IMG/VR virus record: IMGVR_UViG_3300006169_000020
Coordinates: 1-41,829 of that record
Reading direction: 5' to 3' (one strand)
DNA length: 41,829 nt
Origin: a virus
Lineage: Duplodnaviria; Caudoviricetes
The position numbers and the translations under genes were made by a program. Below the pieces are notes generated by a model. That model was given only the letters and a program-made list of their open reading frames with translations, made no database searches and had not been told where the DNA came from. Below, piece after piece: positions 26,782-34,814 of the stretch (within the stretch, counting starts at the first letter, position 1; every line of letters begins with the position of its first letter).

Positions 26782-27281
26782 CACGACACCGCCGACGAGG
26801 ACTGCGCGGACTCGACCGTCGTGGTGTCGTAGCCGCGGCGGACCAGGTAGGCGACCGCGGCGTCCCACGAACGGAACAGGGAGACGTCGGGCCCGTAGAA
26901 CGACCCGGTGTCGCGGCCTTCGGTGACGTGCCAGGCCTTGCCGCGGCGGACGAGTCGGAACGGGCGCGGCTGCGGGCCGCGGACGATCAAGTCGCCATGG
27001 CCCGGGAGCCGGGTGTCGAACGAGTCGAGAAGTGTGCCGTCGGCGCTGGTGAAGGTGAAGCGGACGCTGGCCGGGATCATGCCGAAGAGTCGCCGGCACG
27101 CGTTCATGTCCTGTTGGGTGCTGACGGCCAGCTGCAGGAGCAGAGGTGCGCTGCCCTGGTGGGCGAAGACCGTGATCGACATCGGCGTGATCTCGGCGCG
27201 AACCAGCTCGGTGGTCAACGCCGAGACCGCGTCTCGGATGCGCGTCGCCGTGGCGACCGCTGCGGATGTGGTGGTGCTCAT
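26781..27281 (-). CDS. Hypothetical protein
   Basis: 166 aa; first gene after the structured leader. Confidence 0.6.
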   Translation of the reverse strand: MSTTTSAAVATATRIRDAVSALTTELVRAEITPMSITVFAHQGSAPLLLQLAVSTQQDMNACRRLFGMIPASVRFTFTSADGTLLDSFDTRLPGHGDLIVRGPQPRPFRLVRRGKAWHVTEGRDTGSFYGPDVSLFRSWDAAVAYLVRRGYDTTTVESAQSSSAVS

Positions 27282-27325
27282 CGTGTTCCCGTTCTTGCTC
27301 GGCGTGAAGGTTGGGAAGGAGTGGT

Positions 27326-27468
27326 GCTCCCCGACCCGTGCCGCTCGGCGGGGGAACCTCGGCGCCGGGGGAAGCGCCTGCAGGCACGGGTCGGGAAGCG
27401 AGCCGGTGAGACCTCTGCGCTGCCCATACACGCCCCGGGGGAAGGGCGGAGGGCGAGGCCTCACCGGC
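27326..27468 (-). ncRNA. Candidate structured RNA: two adjacent long stems with three UUCCCCCG loops
   Basis: Stem 27455-27468/27402-27415 (14 bp) and stem 27383-27399/27326-27342 (17 bp). Each has one imperfection that is a G-U pair on the minus (sense) strand. TTCCCCCG at 27436-27443, 27366-27373 and 27349-27356. Confidence 0.55.
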
Positions 27469-27471
27469 CGT

Positions 27472-27657
27472 CTAGGCGCTGCTCCTGTCCGGCACCGCGG
27501 AGGCGGTCGCGAACAGGCCGCGGAGGCGGCGCAGCTGGTCGGGTGTCAGAGGTGGTGCGGTCGAGGCGACCTGGACGGCCGCGTCGACGAAGGCCTGGCC
27601 GTGCTTCTCGGCCATCCGCGAGCGCCAGCCGGGCCGGGTGGGCTGGACGGCGCTCAT
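27472..27657 (-). CDS. Small hypothetical protein (possible excision/directionality factor)
   Basis: 61 aa with APPLTPDQLRRLRGLF, coupled to cro; function is a positional guess. Confidence 0.55.
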   Translation of the reverse strand: MSAVQPTRPGWRSRMAEKHGQAFVDAAVQVASTAPPLTPDQLRRLRGLFATASAVPDRSSA

Positions 27658-27881
27658 GCGGCGGCCTCGGCTGCCTGGAGCAGGGAGACCACGGTGGTAC
27701 CGAGGAGGCCGGCGATCAGTTCCAGCTCGAGGACGGTGTAGTCGCCGAGACGCTGGCGCCGGGTGAGGGTGGTGCGGGCAATGCCGGTCCGCTCGGCTGC
27801 CTCCCGTAGGCTCAGCCCCGCAGCGTTGATCTCTGCTGCCACGACTTCAGCGAGTCGGGTGGAGGTTGTCATGTGGACCAT
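27654..27881 (-). CDS. Cro-like HTH protein
   Basis: GLSLREAAERTGIARTTLTRR HTH, divergent from the repressor. ATG at 27881 sits 7 nt after the -10 TAATGT (leaderless). Confidence 0.8.
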   Translation of the reverse strand: MVHMTTSTRLAEVVAAEINAAGLSLREAAERTGIARTTLTRRQRLGDYTVLELELIAGLLGTTVVSLLQAAEAAA

Positions 27882-27985
27882 GTGGGCCACATTAGGTCCA
27901 TACGGGCCACTCGTCAACAGCCCTGACCGAAATGAGTAGGACTACCGATGCGGGGATGGTCCGGTTCGGTCCTAAAGTGGACCGC
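27874..27985. promoter_or_regulatory. Divergent cro/repressor promoters with candidate operators
   Basis: Leftward TTGACG (27917-27912) N17 TAATGT (27894-27889); rightward -10 TAAAGT (27973-27978). Repeated GG(T/A/G)CC half-sites flank both -10 boxes. Confidence 0.7.
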
Positions 27986-28369
27986 GTGAACACCACCGGC
28001 ACATCAACTCTTGAGCGCGCTCTCGGCCTCGTGATCCAGAACGAGGCGCGTCGGCAAGGCCTGACCCACAAGGAGATTCAGCGTCGGTCGGGCATCACCG
28101 ATAGGACGTTCCGACGCTACTTCGTAGCCGCCGAGCGCAGCATTCCCGTCGACGAGGTCGTGAAGGTGGCTGCTGTCCTGCAAATGCCGGCCTCGGCTCT
28201 GTTCGCACTGGCTGAGGAGGAAGCCCAGCACTTGGCGGCCAGGGAGTTGCGCGGCACGCTGAAGCCTTCCGAGGTCGCTGAGCTCGATGCGGCCATCGAG
28301 CGAACCCGACGCGGTGAGGCCGGTGCTGTGACGGACGCCGACGCGGCCCAGGAGTCCCGGACGGGCTAG
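27986..28369 (+). CDS. Immunity repressor (XRE HTH)
   Basis: GLTHKEIQRRSGITDRTFRRY...IPVDEVVKVAAVL. GTG start 7 nt after TAAAGT is preferred over ATG 27932. Confidence 0.8.
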   Translation: MNTTGTSTLERALGLVIQNEARRQGLTHKEIQRRSGITDRTFRRYFVAAERSIPVDEVVKVAAVLQMPASALFALAEEEAQHLAARELRGTLKPSEVAELDAAIERTRRGEAGAVTDADAAQESRTG

Positions 28370-28478
28370 TCATTTCGGGCCATTACCGTCCAGTAAGGTC
28401 CTAGTTCTTCTGGTACGCGCGGATTGCCGGGTTATCTTTCGCCTGCGATATCCAGGACGGGGCAGGGGAAGGTCAGGG

Positions 28479-28835
28479 GTGGCTTCAGTGTGGAAGCGTC
28501 GAGTTGTTGAGGGGCTCGCAAGCGTGGGGTGGTTGACCGCGGGCAGCGACATCCTAGGGTGCATCCCCGAGGGGTACGACGACGGGCTGAGCCGGTTCGC
28601 CGCCGCCGTCGCGATTTGCTGCACTGCGTGGCTGATGATGCAAGGGCACCAACGGCCGATCGGCAAGGCCTACGAGCTCGGCTACCAGGCCGGCCGGCGA
28701 GACCAGATGGTCGAGGCCAACTCGCGACCGGTCTCGCAGCTGCGGCCCGCCGGCGGCCGCACCGAGCTGGCCCGGCGGGTGGGGCCGGCCAAGCTGGTGG
28801 AGACGAAACGGATCCGCACCACGGCGGATGCCTGA
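28479..28835 (+). CDS. Putative small membrane protein in the immunity cassette
   Basis: About 118 aa; hydrophobic FAAAVAICCTAWLMM, then AYELGYQAGR; start uncertain. Confidence 0.55.
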   Translation: MASVWKRRVVEGLASVGWLTAGSDILGCIPEGYDDGLSRFAAAVAICCTAWLMMQGHQRPIGKAYELGYQAGRRDQMVEANSRPVSQLRPAGGRTELARRVGPAKLVETKRIRTTADA

Positions 28836-28926
28836 CGATGCGCTCAGACGCGCCACGAGAGCGCAACGGAGCGCAACGCGCGGTGTTCTCCACCCGGGCC
28901 GAGGATGGCCCGCCACCATCACGGAC

Positions 28927-29265
28927 GTGGACGTCGACGGCTGGGAGCGCCTCGGCCGACTCATCCTCCACGACCGCGCCCGGCACTGGCGCAACCGGGA
29001 GGAGTTCGCGCAGGCGTCCGGCGTCAGCGCCCGCGTGCTCGACGACCTCGAGGCCGGGCGACGGGACAACTACCTCGAGGCCACCCTCGCCGGGGTGGAG
29101 ATCACCCTCGGGTGGCGCGCAGGCACCTGCCGGCGCGTCGTCGCCGGCGGCCGGGTCGAGCGCGACCTCGACGAGGACATGGCACGCATCTGGCGGGTGT
29201 GGCGGCGCCTGCCCCGCGAGGCCCGGAGCATGCTCGCCGACCTCGCGGAACGCTCAGCCCGCTGA
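28927..29265 (+). CDS. Second XRE-family HTH regulator
   Basis: WERLGRLI..DR...NREEFAQASGVSARVLDDLEAGRRDNY...LAGVEITLGW; start uncertain (GTG 28927 or ATG 28828). Confidence 0.75.
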   Translation: MDVDGWERLGRLILHDRARHWRNREEFAQASGVSARVLDDLEAGRRDNYLEATLAGVEITLGWRAGTCRRVVAGGRVERDLDEDMARIWRVWRRLPREARSMLADLAERSAR

Positions 29266-30645
29266 CCCGGCCCGCCACCCGATCCGCACCGTCTCCGGGC
29301 GGAACACGCGAGCGCCGCGGCCGGGGGACAGCAGGCTGACCGTCATCACGTCCTGGAGTGCTGCGCGGCGCGCGTCGAGGGACATGTGCTCCCACTCGTC
29401 GGCGACGTTGTCGGCGGCGAGGAGGCGGTCCAGGGCGGGGCGGCGGCGGGCGGCGGCGAGCTCGGTGATGACCTGTTCGAGCTCGGCCCGGGCCCTCTTG
29501 GATCCGGCACGCAGTTGCAGCTCGTCGACGTCGCCGGCGGCGAAGGCCTCCGCGAGGCCGTCGAGGCGGGCCCGGAGCTGCTTCTCCGTGGCGCGGAGGG
29601 TGCGGACACGGTCCCGGTTCGGTCCGGGGGTGGTGAGCTCGTCGGCGTGCTCCTCGAGGCGGGCCCAGAGGACACTGGTGACGTAGTCGTCCAGCTGGTC
29701 CGCGCCGCGGGAGATGTGCGCTCGGCTCTTGCAGTAGTACATGCGGGGGCGGTCGCCGGACCTGGTGGCGTAGACGGGCCCGCCGCAGACGCCGCAGGTG
29801 GCGATGCTGGTCAGGAGGGATGATTGGGGGCGGCCGGGGGCGCGGCGGTCCGGGTCGTCGAGGAGGGCGCAGATCGCGCGGTGGGTGTCGACGTCGAGGA
29901 TGGCCGGCCACGTGCCAGGGCCGATCTGGGCGCCGCGGTGGACCCGGATCGCGGCATACCGGGGGTTGTGGAGCATGCGCCGCACCTCGGTGCTGGCCCA
30001 CAGGTTCCCGGCGGTCGTGCGGGCCCCGGCCTTGTTGAGGTGGGCGCGGATCGCGTGGATCGACTCGCCGGCGAGGAGTCGGGCTGCGGCCTCCTGGACG
30101 TGCGCGGCCTCAGCCGGGACGGTGGCGGTGCCGTCGGCGGTGTACCCGAACGCGCGCCGGCCGACGTGGGGGCGCCCCTGTTCGGCGCGCTGGTCGCTGG
30201 CCTCCTTCTGCCGGGCCGACTTCCGCTCGATCTCCGAGCGGGCGACCGCGCCCTTGATGCGGGCGAACAGGCGGCCGTTGTCCGTGGCCAGGTCGACGTC
30301 GCCACCGATCGACGCGAGCGCGATGCCGCGCCGGTCGGCGAGGTCGATGAAGTGCTCGATCTCGATGGGGCGACGGGTCAGCCGGTCGAGGTCCCACACG
30401 ATCACGGCGTCGATGACGCCGGTCTCGAGGTCGTCCAGCATCTCCTGGTAGCTGGGGCGTGGCTTCCCGGTTGAGGCGGAGGTGTCGTTGTCCTCGTAGA
30501 CCTTGTGCACGGTCCAGCCGAGGTCGGCGGCGCGGGTCTTGCAGGCCTTCGTCTGGCGGGTCACGCCGAGGCGCTTACCGGAGGGGTCCAGGCTGATCCG
30601 GACGTAGATGCCGGCCCGACGGCGAGTGCGGGAGGGGTTCACCAC
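29254..30645 (-). CDS. int: Large serine integrase
   Basis: Catalytic YVRIS, DLDRLTR, recombinase domain (FGY...LHNPRYA), zinc ribbon CGVCG...YYC and coiled coil; 463 aa. Confidence 0.93.
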   Translation of the reverse strand: MVNPSRTRRRAGIYVRISLDPSGKRLGVTRQTKACKTRAADLGWTVHKVYEDNDTSASTGKPRPSYQEMLDDLETGVIDAVIVWDLDRLTRRPIEIEHFIDLADRRGIALASIGGDVDLATDNGRLFARIKGAVARSEIERKSARQKEASDQRAEQGRPHVGRRAFGYTADGTATVPAEAAHVQEAAARLLAGESIHAIRAHLNKAGARTTAGNLWASTEVRRMLHNPRYAAIRVHRGAQIGPGTWPAILDVDTHRAICALLDDPDRRAPGRPQSSLLTSIATCGVCGGPVYATRSGDRPRMYYCKSRAHISRGADQLDDYVTSVLWARLEEHADELTTPGPNRDRVRTLRATEKQLRARLDGLAEAFAAGDVDELQLRAGSKRARAELEQVITELAAARRRPALDRLLAADNVADEWEHMSLDARRAALQDVMTVSLLSPGRGARVFRPETVRIGWRAGSAG

Positions 30646-30658
30646 CCCAGACTACTAG

Positions 30659-30712
30659 ACGTGCGAGGTTTTCCGGCATACGCTCTGACGTATGTCGAAA
30701 ACGTCCGCACGT
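30659..30712. other. Candidate attP site of the serine integrase
   Basis: 54-bp imperfect dyad just upstream of int, centred on CT (30685-30686), with 18 of 26 flanking positions paired, including outer ACGTGCG/CGCACGT and inner CATACG/CGTATG. Confidence 0.7.
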
Positions 30713-31474
30713 TGGCCAAGGGTGGCCGCCTGGGGGCTGCAGCTGATGCTCCTCGCCGGTCTGATCGCAGGCTACGCGCAGCCTGCTGAGGCGCGCGAGG
30801 TCCCGGTCGACCTCCCCGCCGTCTCCGCACCCATGGTGCAGACCGAGCGCTGCAGCAAGCCCGCCCCCGACACGGCGAAGGGGTACCAGCGCGCGTTCGC
30901 CAACCTCGACGACCGCGAGTGGGGTGCTGCCGACGTGGGCATCAGCGTCCCCCTCAACGACGGCCGGACCGTGTGGCTGTGGGGTGACACCTTCTCGACA
31001 GGGCGGTTCGTGCACTCGACCGCGGTGGTGCAGGACGGAGGATGCCTGCACGTCAGCAACGGCGGCGCCCAGTTGCTCCCCAACGACGGCGCGAAGTACT
31101 ACTGGATCGAGGCGGCGTTCCGGCACGGTGAAGAGAATCTGATCTGGATTGCCGCCGAGGAGACCGCGAAGGACCCGAAGGCCGAGTGGGGTTTCCGCTA
31201 CACCGGCTACAACCGCCTCGCCGTCGTGTGGATCGACCCGACCGGGGACGCCGTGTTCCAGGGCTGGCAGGGTCGGATCAAGGCGCCGCAGGCCGCGAAG
31301 CTGAGTGACCTCGTCGAGCTGAGGAACGGGCAGATCCAGTACAGCCACCGGCTGCACTCGCACGTCGAGCTGGCGAGCGGCAAGACGCTGATGAGCGCGG
31401 CGCGGAACTGGACCGACGGCAAGATGCACCCGTTGCGCTCCTACCTCCCGGTCTTCACCGAGATGTCGGGGTGA
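30692..31474 (+). CDS. Secreted protein, DUF4185/DUF5005-like (moron)
   Basis: Signal-peptide-like LQLMLLAGLIAGYAQPAEA; WGAADVGISVPLNDGRTVWLWGDTF motif. The true start may be GTG 30722. Confidence 0.6.
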   Translation: MSKTSARWPRVAAWGLQLMLLAGLIAGYAQPAEAREVPVDLPAVSAPMVQTERCSKPAPDTAKGYQRAFANLDDREWGAADVGISVPLNDGRTVWLWGDTFSTGRFVHSTAVVQDGGCLHVSNGGAQLLPNDGAKYYWIEAAFRHGEENLIWIAAEETAKDPKAEWGFRYTGYNRLAVVWIDPTGDAVFQGWQGRIKAPQAAKLSDLVELRNGQIQYSHRLHSHVELASGKTLMSAARNWTDGKMHPLRSYLPVFTEMSG

Positions 31475-31599
31475 GCGCGCTGCTCCGCCTCCGGGACTGG
31501 CTGGTGATCCGCTCCGTCCGCCTCCAGCGCCGCCTCACCGGCTGCGCACCCGAGCAGATCCGCCAACGGCGGGACCGAACCGACAACTGGACCCGCTGA
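31471..31599 (+). CDS. Small basic peptide
   Basis: 42 aa (MSALLRLRDWLVIRSVRLQRRL...), GTGA-coupled, ending just before the terminator. Confidence 0.45.
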   Translation: MSALLRLRDWLVIRSVRLQRRLTGCAPEQIRQRRDRTDNWTR

Positions 31600-31606
31600 G
31601 AGCATG

Positions 31607-31653
31607 ACGAAGCGGTCCCCGTCACCCGGGATGGGTGACGGGGACCGCTTCGT
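31607..31653. terminator. Bidirectional terminator hairpin
   Basis: Perfect 21-bp stem with a 5-nt loop between convergent genes. Confidence 0.8.
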
Positions 31654-31660
31654 GGCGGGG

Positions 31661-32071
31661 CTACCTGCCGGTCCGGCGGTACGCCCGACGACAGGGGCGA
31701 CACCGCCGCTTCCCGCTGGGCTCGACGAGGATGTTGCCCTCAGTCCAGTCGTGAAGGCCGGCACGGCACCGGTTGCCGTTGGCGTTGCGCCGGCTGTTGG
31801 TCGCCGACACCAGGCCACGCTCGGTGTTCTTCTGGTTGGTCACCGGCTCCATGTGCCACGGGTTCACGCACGCGCGGGTGCGGCACAGGTGGTCGATCAC
31901 CAGCCCGACAGGGATCTCGCCGCGGAGCTCCTCGAACGTGAGCCGGTGGACGGTGCTGTTGGTCTTCCCGTTGAGTAGGAAGATCCCGTACCCGTCGCGG
32001 GTCTTCGCGGCCGTCCACAGCCAGCAGTCACCGTCCTGGCGGACCTTCGCCCAGAACCGGGCAGGCAGCAT
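31661..32071 (-). CDS. Free-standing HNH endonuclease
   Basis: RFWAKV...CWLWT...GYG...HRL...IDHLCRTRACVNPWHMEPVT..N. Confidence 0.88.
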   Translation of the reverse strand: MLPARFWAKVRQDGDCWLWTAAKTRDGYGIFLLNGKTNSTVHRLTFEELRGEIPVGLVIDHLCRTRACVNPWHMEPVTNQKNTERGLVSATNSRRNANGNRCRAGLHDWTEGNILVEPSGKRRCRPCRRAYRRTGR

Positions 32072-32120
32072 CGGGGTCACGCGACCCCTCCCCAACCCCA
32101 TATCGCGCTGGTCATGGTCA

Positions 32121-32261
32121 TCACCTCCTGGTCCCTTGTCCACGTTGGTGGGTGGTCTCGCAGTCGCGTGCCAGCACGGGCACGACGAACCAGGCCCGAC
32201 ACACCTGGCAGCGCCAGGCCTCGTCTCCGGTGGGTGGGGTGTCGACGTCGCTGTCGCTCAC
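32121..32261 (-). CDS. Small zinc-finger-like protein
   Basis: 46 aa, CQVC...VVPVLARDCE..H; GTGA-coupled. Confidence 0.5.
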   Translation of the reverse strand: MSDSDVDTPPTGDEAWRCQVCRAWFVVPVLARDCETTHQRGQGTRR

Positions 32262-32581
32262 GCGTACTGCCGGCGCACCTTGAACTGCACCGAGTGGCCC
32301 TCGGCGTCGCGGGCGAACGTCTGCCGGCGGCCGCCGGCCCAGAGCGCCTCGAGCTCTACGGACCACAGCCCGTCGACGTCGAGGTCGCCAGCGGACCACG
32401 TGTACGCCCAGGCACCCGTTGCCGCGGCGGTCACCGCGAGGCCGTTGCCGGTGTCGCGGGTCAGGGCGGTGGTGCCGTCAGGCTTGAGGAGGTGCAGCTC
32501 GACGGTCGCGCCGGTCAGGTTCGCGTTGACCGTGCCGGTCAGGGCGGGCTCGGTGTCACCGACGGTGAACTCCTGCATCAC
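32258..32581 (-). CDS. BppU-N-like / Ig-like virion protein
   Basis: GDTEPAL...NLTGATV...G...YTWSAGDLDVDG...W..G..QTF pattern. Confidence 0.55.
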   Translation of the reverse strand: MMQEFTVGDTEPALTGTVNANLTGATVELHLLKPDGTTALTRDTGNGLAVTAAATGAWAYTWSAGDLDVDGLWSVELEALWAGGRRQTFARDAEGHSVQFKVRRQYA

Positions 32582-34263
32582 GTGAGCTCCAATCGGCTCG
32601 AGGGGATCGTGAGGGTCAGCCGCGGCGGAACCGCCTCGGCCAGGTCGAGGACCGGTGCAGGCTGCTCGAGCAGGGTCAGACGGGACGTCGCCTCGACGAG
32701 GACGAGCTGCGGGTCGTCGACCGGGTCGCCGACGTCGCCACCCACGAGGCCCGCACCCGCACCCAGCAGCGGTGCCAGGACCCCGGCGCCAGACCCGTCG
32801 GTTCTGGTCTCGCCGGCACCGGCGCCGCTCAAGGCCGTCAGGAGTCCCGCGCCCGACCCGGGCGCCCGGAGAGTCGCCGCGCCGGCACCAGCGAGCGGGG
32901 GGAGGTTCGCGACGGACGCCCCTGCGGTCCGGGCCTGCCCGGTACCAGCGCCGACCAGCTGCGGCAGGGTGTGGGTGCCGCTGCCGGCGTTGCCGGCGGA
33001 CCCCACGAGGCCGCCGCCGGACCCCGTCAGGTTCGGCAGGATGCCCGCACCTGCGCCACCGGTCCGGACCTGGCCCGTGCCGGCGCCGCCGAGGGAGAGC
33101 AGGGTGCCGGAGCCTGTCCCGGCGGTGGCGACGGCGGCCGCGCCGGACCCGGTCAGCCCAGGCAGCTCACCGCTGCCAGTCCCGGTGAGACGGACCTGGC
33201 CGGCGCCGGCACCCGCCAGGGGCTGCAGGGAGCCCGTCGACGAGCCGGAGGCGGCCAACTGCCCAGCCCCGAACCCCGTGAGTCCAGGGAGGCTGCCGGA
33301 GCCCGTAGCGGTCGTCTTGACAGCGGCCACGCCAGCCCCAACGAGGCCGGGCAGGGTCGCCGCGGCCGTCCCGGTCGTGCGGACTTGGGCCGCACCCGCA
33401 CCGGTGAGGCCGGGCAGGGTCGCCACGGCCGTCCCGGTCGTCGTGGCCGTCCCCGCACCGGCGCCAGTCAGCGCGGGTAGGACAGTTGCGCCGGCGCCGG
33501 TGACGGAGGATCCACCGTCTGGGGTGTCGAACACCGTGGAGTCGAACACGGTCTCGTCGAAGACATCGCCCGTGGTCGGGGCCGCGGCCGGGTTGTCCTT
33601 GATCTCGACCGCGACCATGTTGAAGTTCTGACCGGACGGGCCGGTCATGTTCATGGTGACCGAGCCGGGCTCGGCGGTGAGCGCGTCCTGCTTCCACACG
33701 CGGCCCGTGTAGAGGCCGGTGGCGTCGTGGAGGTCGGTTCGGGTCTGCCCGGCGCCCATGGTGCCCGCGCCCTGGGCGGACCAGTCCGAGGCGCACGCCC
33801 ACACCCACGAGTTGCGGGCGTTCGTCGTCAGGGTCGCCGACGGGATGCCGGACGCGGAGAACGCGACCTTGTACCCGCCGACGCTGGGAGCTCCACCGTC
33901 TGCGGTGAAGACCTTCACTGCGATCGACTTGGCCTTGGACCCCGACTGGGTCAGGGTGACCGTGCGCGCGGCCGCGGTGCTGGTGACGGCCCACCACACC
34001 TCGACGAGGCTGTTCGTGCCGGCACCCTCGTCGGAGGTGGAGACCAGGCCCTTGCGTGCCCGGCGGGTCCAGGTGAGGCCACCGGAGTCGGTGACGGTGC
34101 CGACCTCGGTGGTCACACCGCTGCTGGTGTCCATCATGCAGAACGCCACCAGGAGGGCGTTCGCTGGCGCGGTGAACGAGCTCGTGCTCAGCGCGGTGGA
34201 GACGCCCTGGAGGTGGCTGGCCAGCGCCGGGGTGGAGGCATCGAGCTGTGGTCCGACCGGCAC
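32578..34263 (-). CDS. Gly/Ala/Thr-rich repeat fibre-like protein
   Basis: 561 aa: N-terminal beta-rich domain, VFDETVFDSTVFD motif, then about 12 repeats of about 21 aa. Confidence 0.7.
   Translation of the reverse strand: MPVGPQLDASTPALASHLQGVSTALSTSSFTAPANALLVAFCMMDTSSGVTTEVGTVTDSGGLTWTRRARKGLVSTSDEGAGTNSLVEVWWAVTSTAAARTVTLTQSGSKAKSIAVKVFTADGGAPSVGGYKVAFSASGIPSATLTTNARNSWVWACASDWSAQGAGTMGAGQTRTDLHDATGLYTGRVWKQDALTAEPGSVTMNMTGPSGQNFNMVAVEIKDNPAAAPTTGDVFDETVFDSTVFDTPDGGSSVTGAGATVLPALTGAGAGTATTTGTAVATLPGLTGAGAAQVRTTGTAAATLPGLVGAGVAAVKTTATGSGSLPGLTGFGAGQLAASGSSTGSLQPLAGAGAGQVRLTGTGSGELPGLTGSGAAAVATAGTGSGTLLSLGGAGTGQVRTGGAGAGILPNLTGSGGGLVGSAGNAGSGTHTLPQLVGAGTGQARTAGASVANLPPLAGAGAATLRAPGSGAGLLTALSGAGAGETRTDGSGAGVLAPLLGAGAGLVGGDVGDPVDDPQLVLVEATSRLTLLEQPAPVLDLAEAVPPRLTLTIPSSRLELT
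32741..33480 (-). repeat. Degenerate coding tandem repeat with about 63-bp period
   Basis: Units such as LPALTGAGAGTATTTGTAVAT, LPGLTGAGAAQVRTTGTAAAT and LPGLVGAGVAAVKTTATGSGS. Confidence 0.85.
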
Positions 34264-34276
34264 AGCGGTTCACCCC

Positions 34277-34810
34277 CTACCGGAAGTAGAGCGTGGCGAA
34301 GCCAACCGTGGGCGGGGTGGTTCCGAGGGCGACCCCGACGACCAGGGCGATGTAGCAGTCGTTGATCTTCGCCCCGGCCGCGATGTTCTGCCAGCCGCTG
34401 TCGTGGATCACACCCGCACCGCCACCCGTGGCTCCGACAACGCAGGAGACACCCATGTCGGCCACCCCGGTGCTCGAGGCCCAGGTGGCGTTCTCCGCGG
34501 TCGCGTACTGTACCTTGTACGCCGCACCGGTCGCGTTGCCGGTCGCGATCACCCCGACCACCAGTCGGGCCTGCGTCGCCTGCGACAGGTCGAGCTTGTT
34601 CCGCGTCGACTTCGCGGTGGCGTGCAGCTCGGTGCCCACCGCGGCGGATGCGGCCGCGGGCGTGAGCGCCGCGTTCTGGCCCAGGATCATCTCGATGGAG
34701 AACGGGACGTGGTCGTGGTCGGCCCGCCACCCGTCCGTGACGTCCCCGCCGACCTTCCCCGACCCGGCGGTGGTGGGGACGCCGGCGCCGACCTTGTGCT
34801 TGATCCCCAC
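34277..34810 (-). CDS. Hypothetical beta-rich virion-type protein
   Basis: 177 aa from GTG 34810 (MGIKHKVGAG...W.ADHDH...). Confidence 0.6.
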   Translation of the reverse strand: MGIKHKVGAGVPTTAGSGKVGGDVTDGWRADHDHVPFSIEMILGQNAALTPAAASAAVGTELHATAKSTRNKLDLSQATQARLVVGVIATGNATGAAYKVQYATAENATWASSTGVADMGVSCVVGATGGGAGVIHDSGWQNIAAGAKINDCYIALVVGVALGTTPPTVGFATLYFR

Positions 34811-34814
34811 GAGG

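Noticed and set aside
27326-27399. tRNA gene (multi-branched structure of tRNA-like size)
   Set aside because: No T-loop GTTCRA consensus, D-loop or 7-bp acceptor geometry; the closing stem is 17 bp. Kept as an unclassified structured RNA.
27932-27985. Longer repressor N-terminus from ATG 27932 (and cro from TTG 27917)
   Set aside because: These extensions run through the promoter/operator region; starts at 27986 and 27881 fit the -10 spacing for leaderless mRNAs.
31661-32071. Intron- or intein-associated homing endonuclease
   Set aside because: The HNH gene is free-standing at the end of the late operon and interrupts no gene.
32741-33480. CRISPR array or non-coding repeat
   Set aside because: The repeats are degenerate, in frame and conserved at protein level, with no identical repeat/unique spacer pattern and no cas genes.
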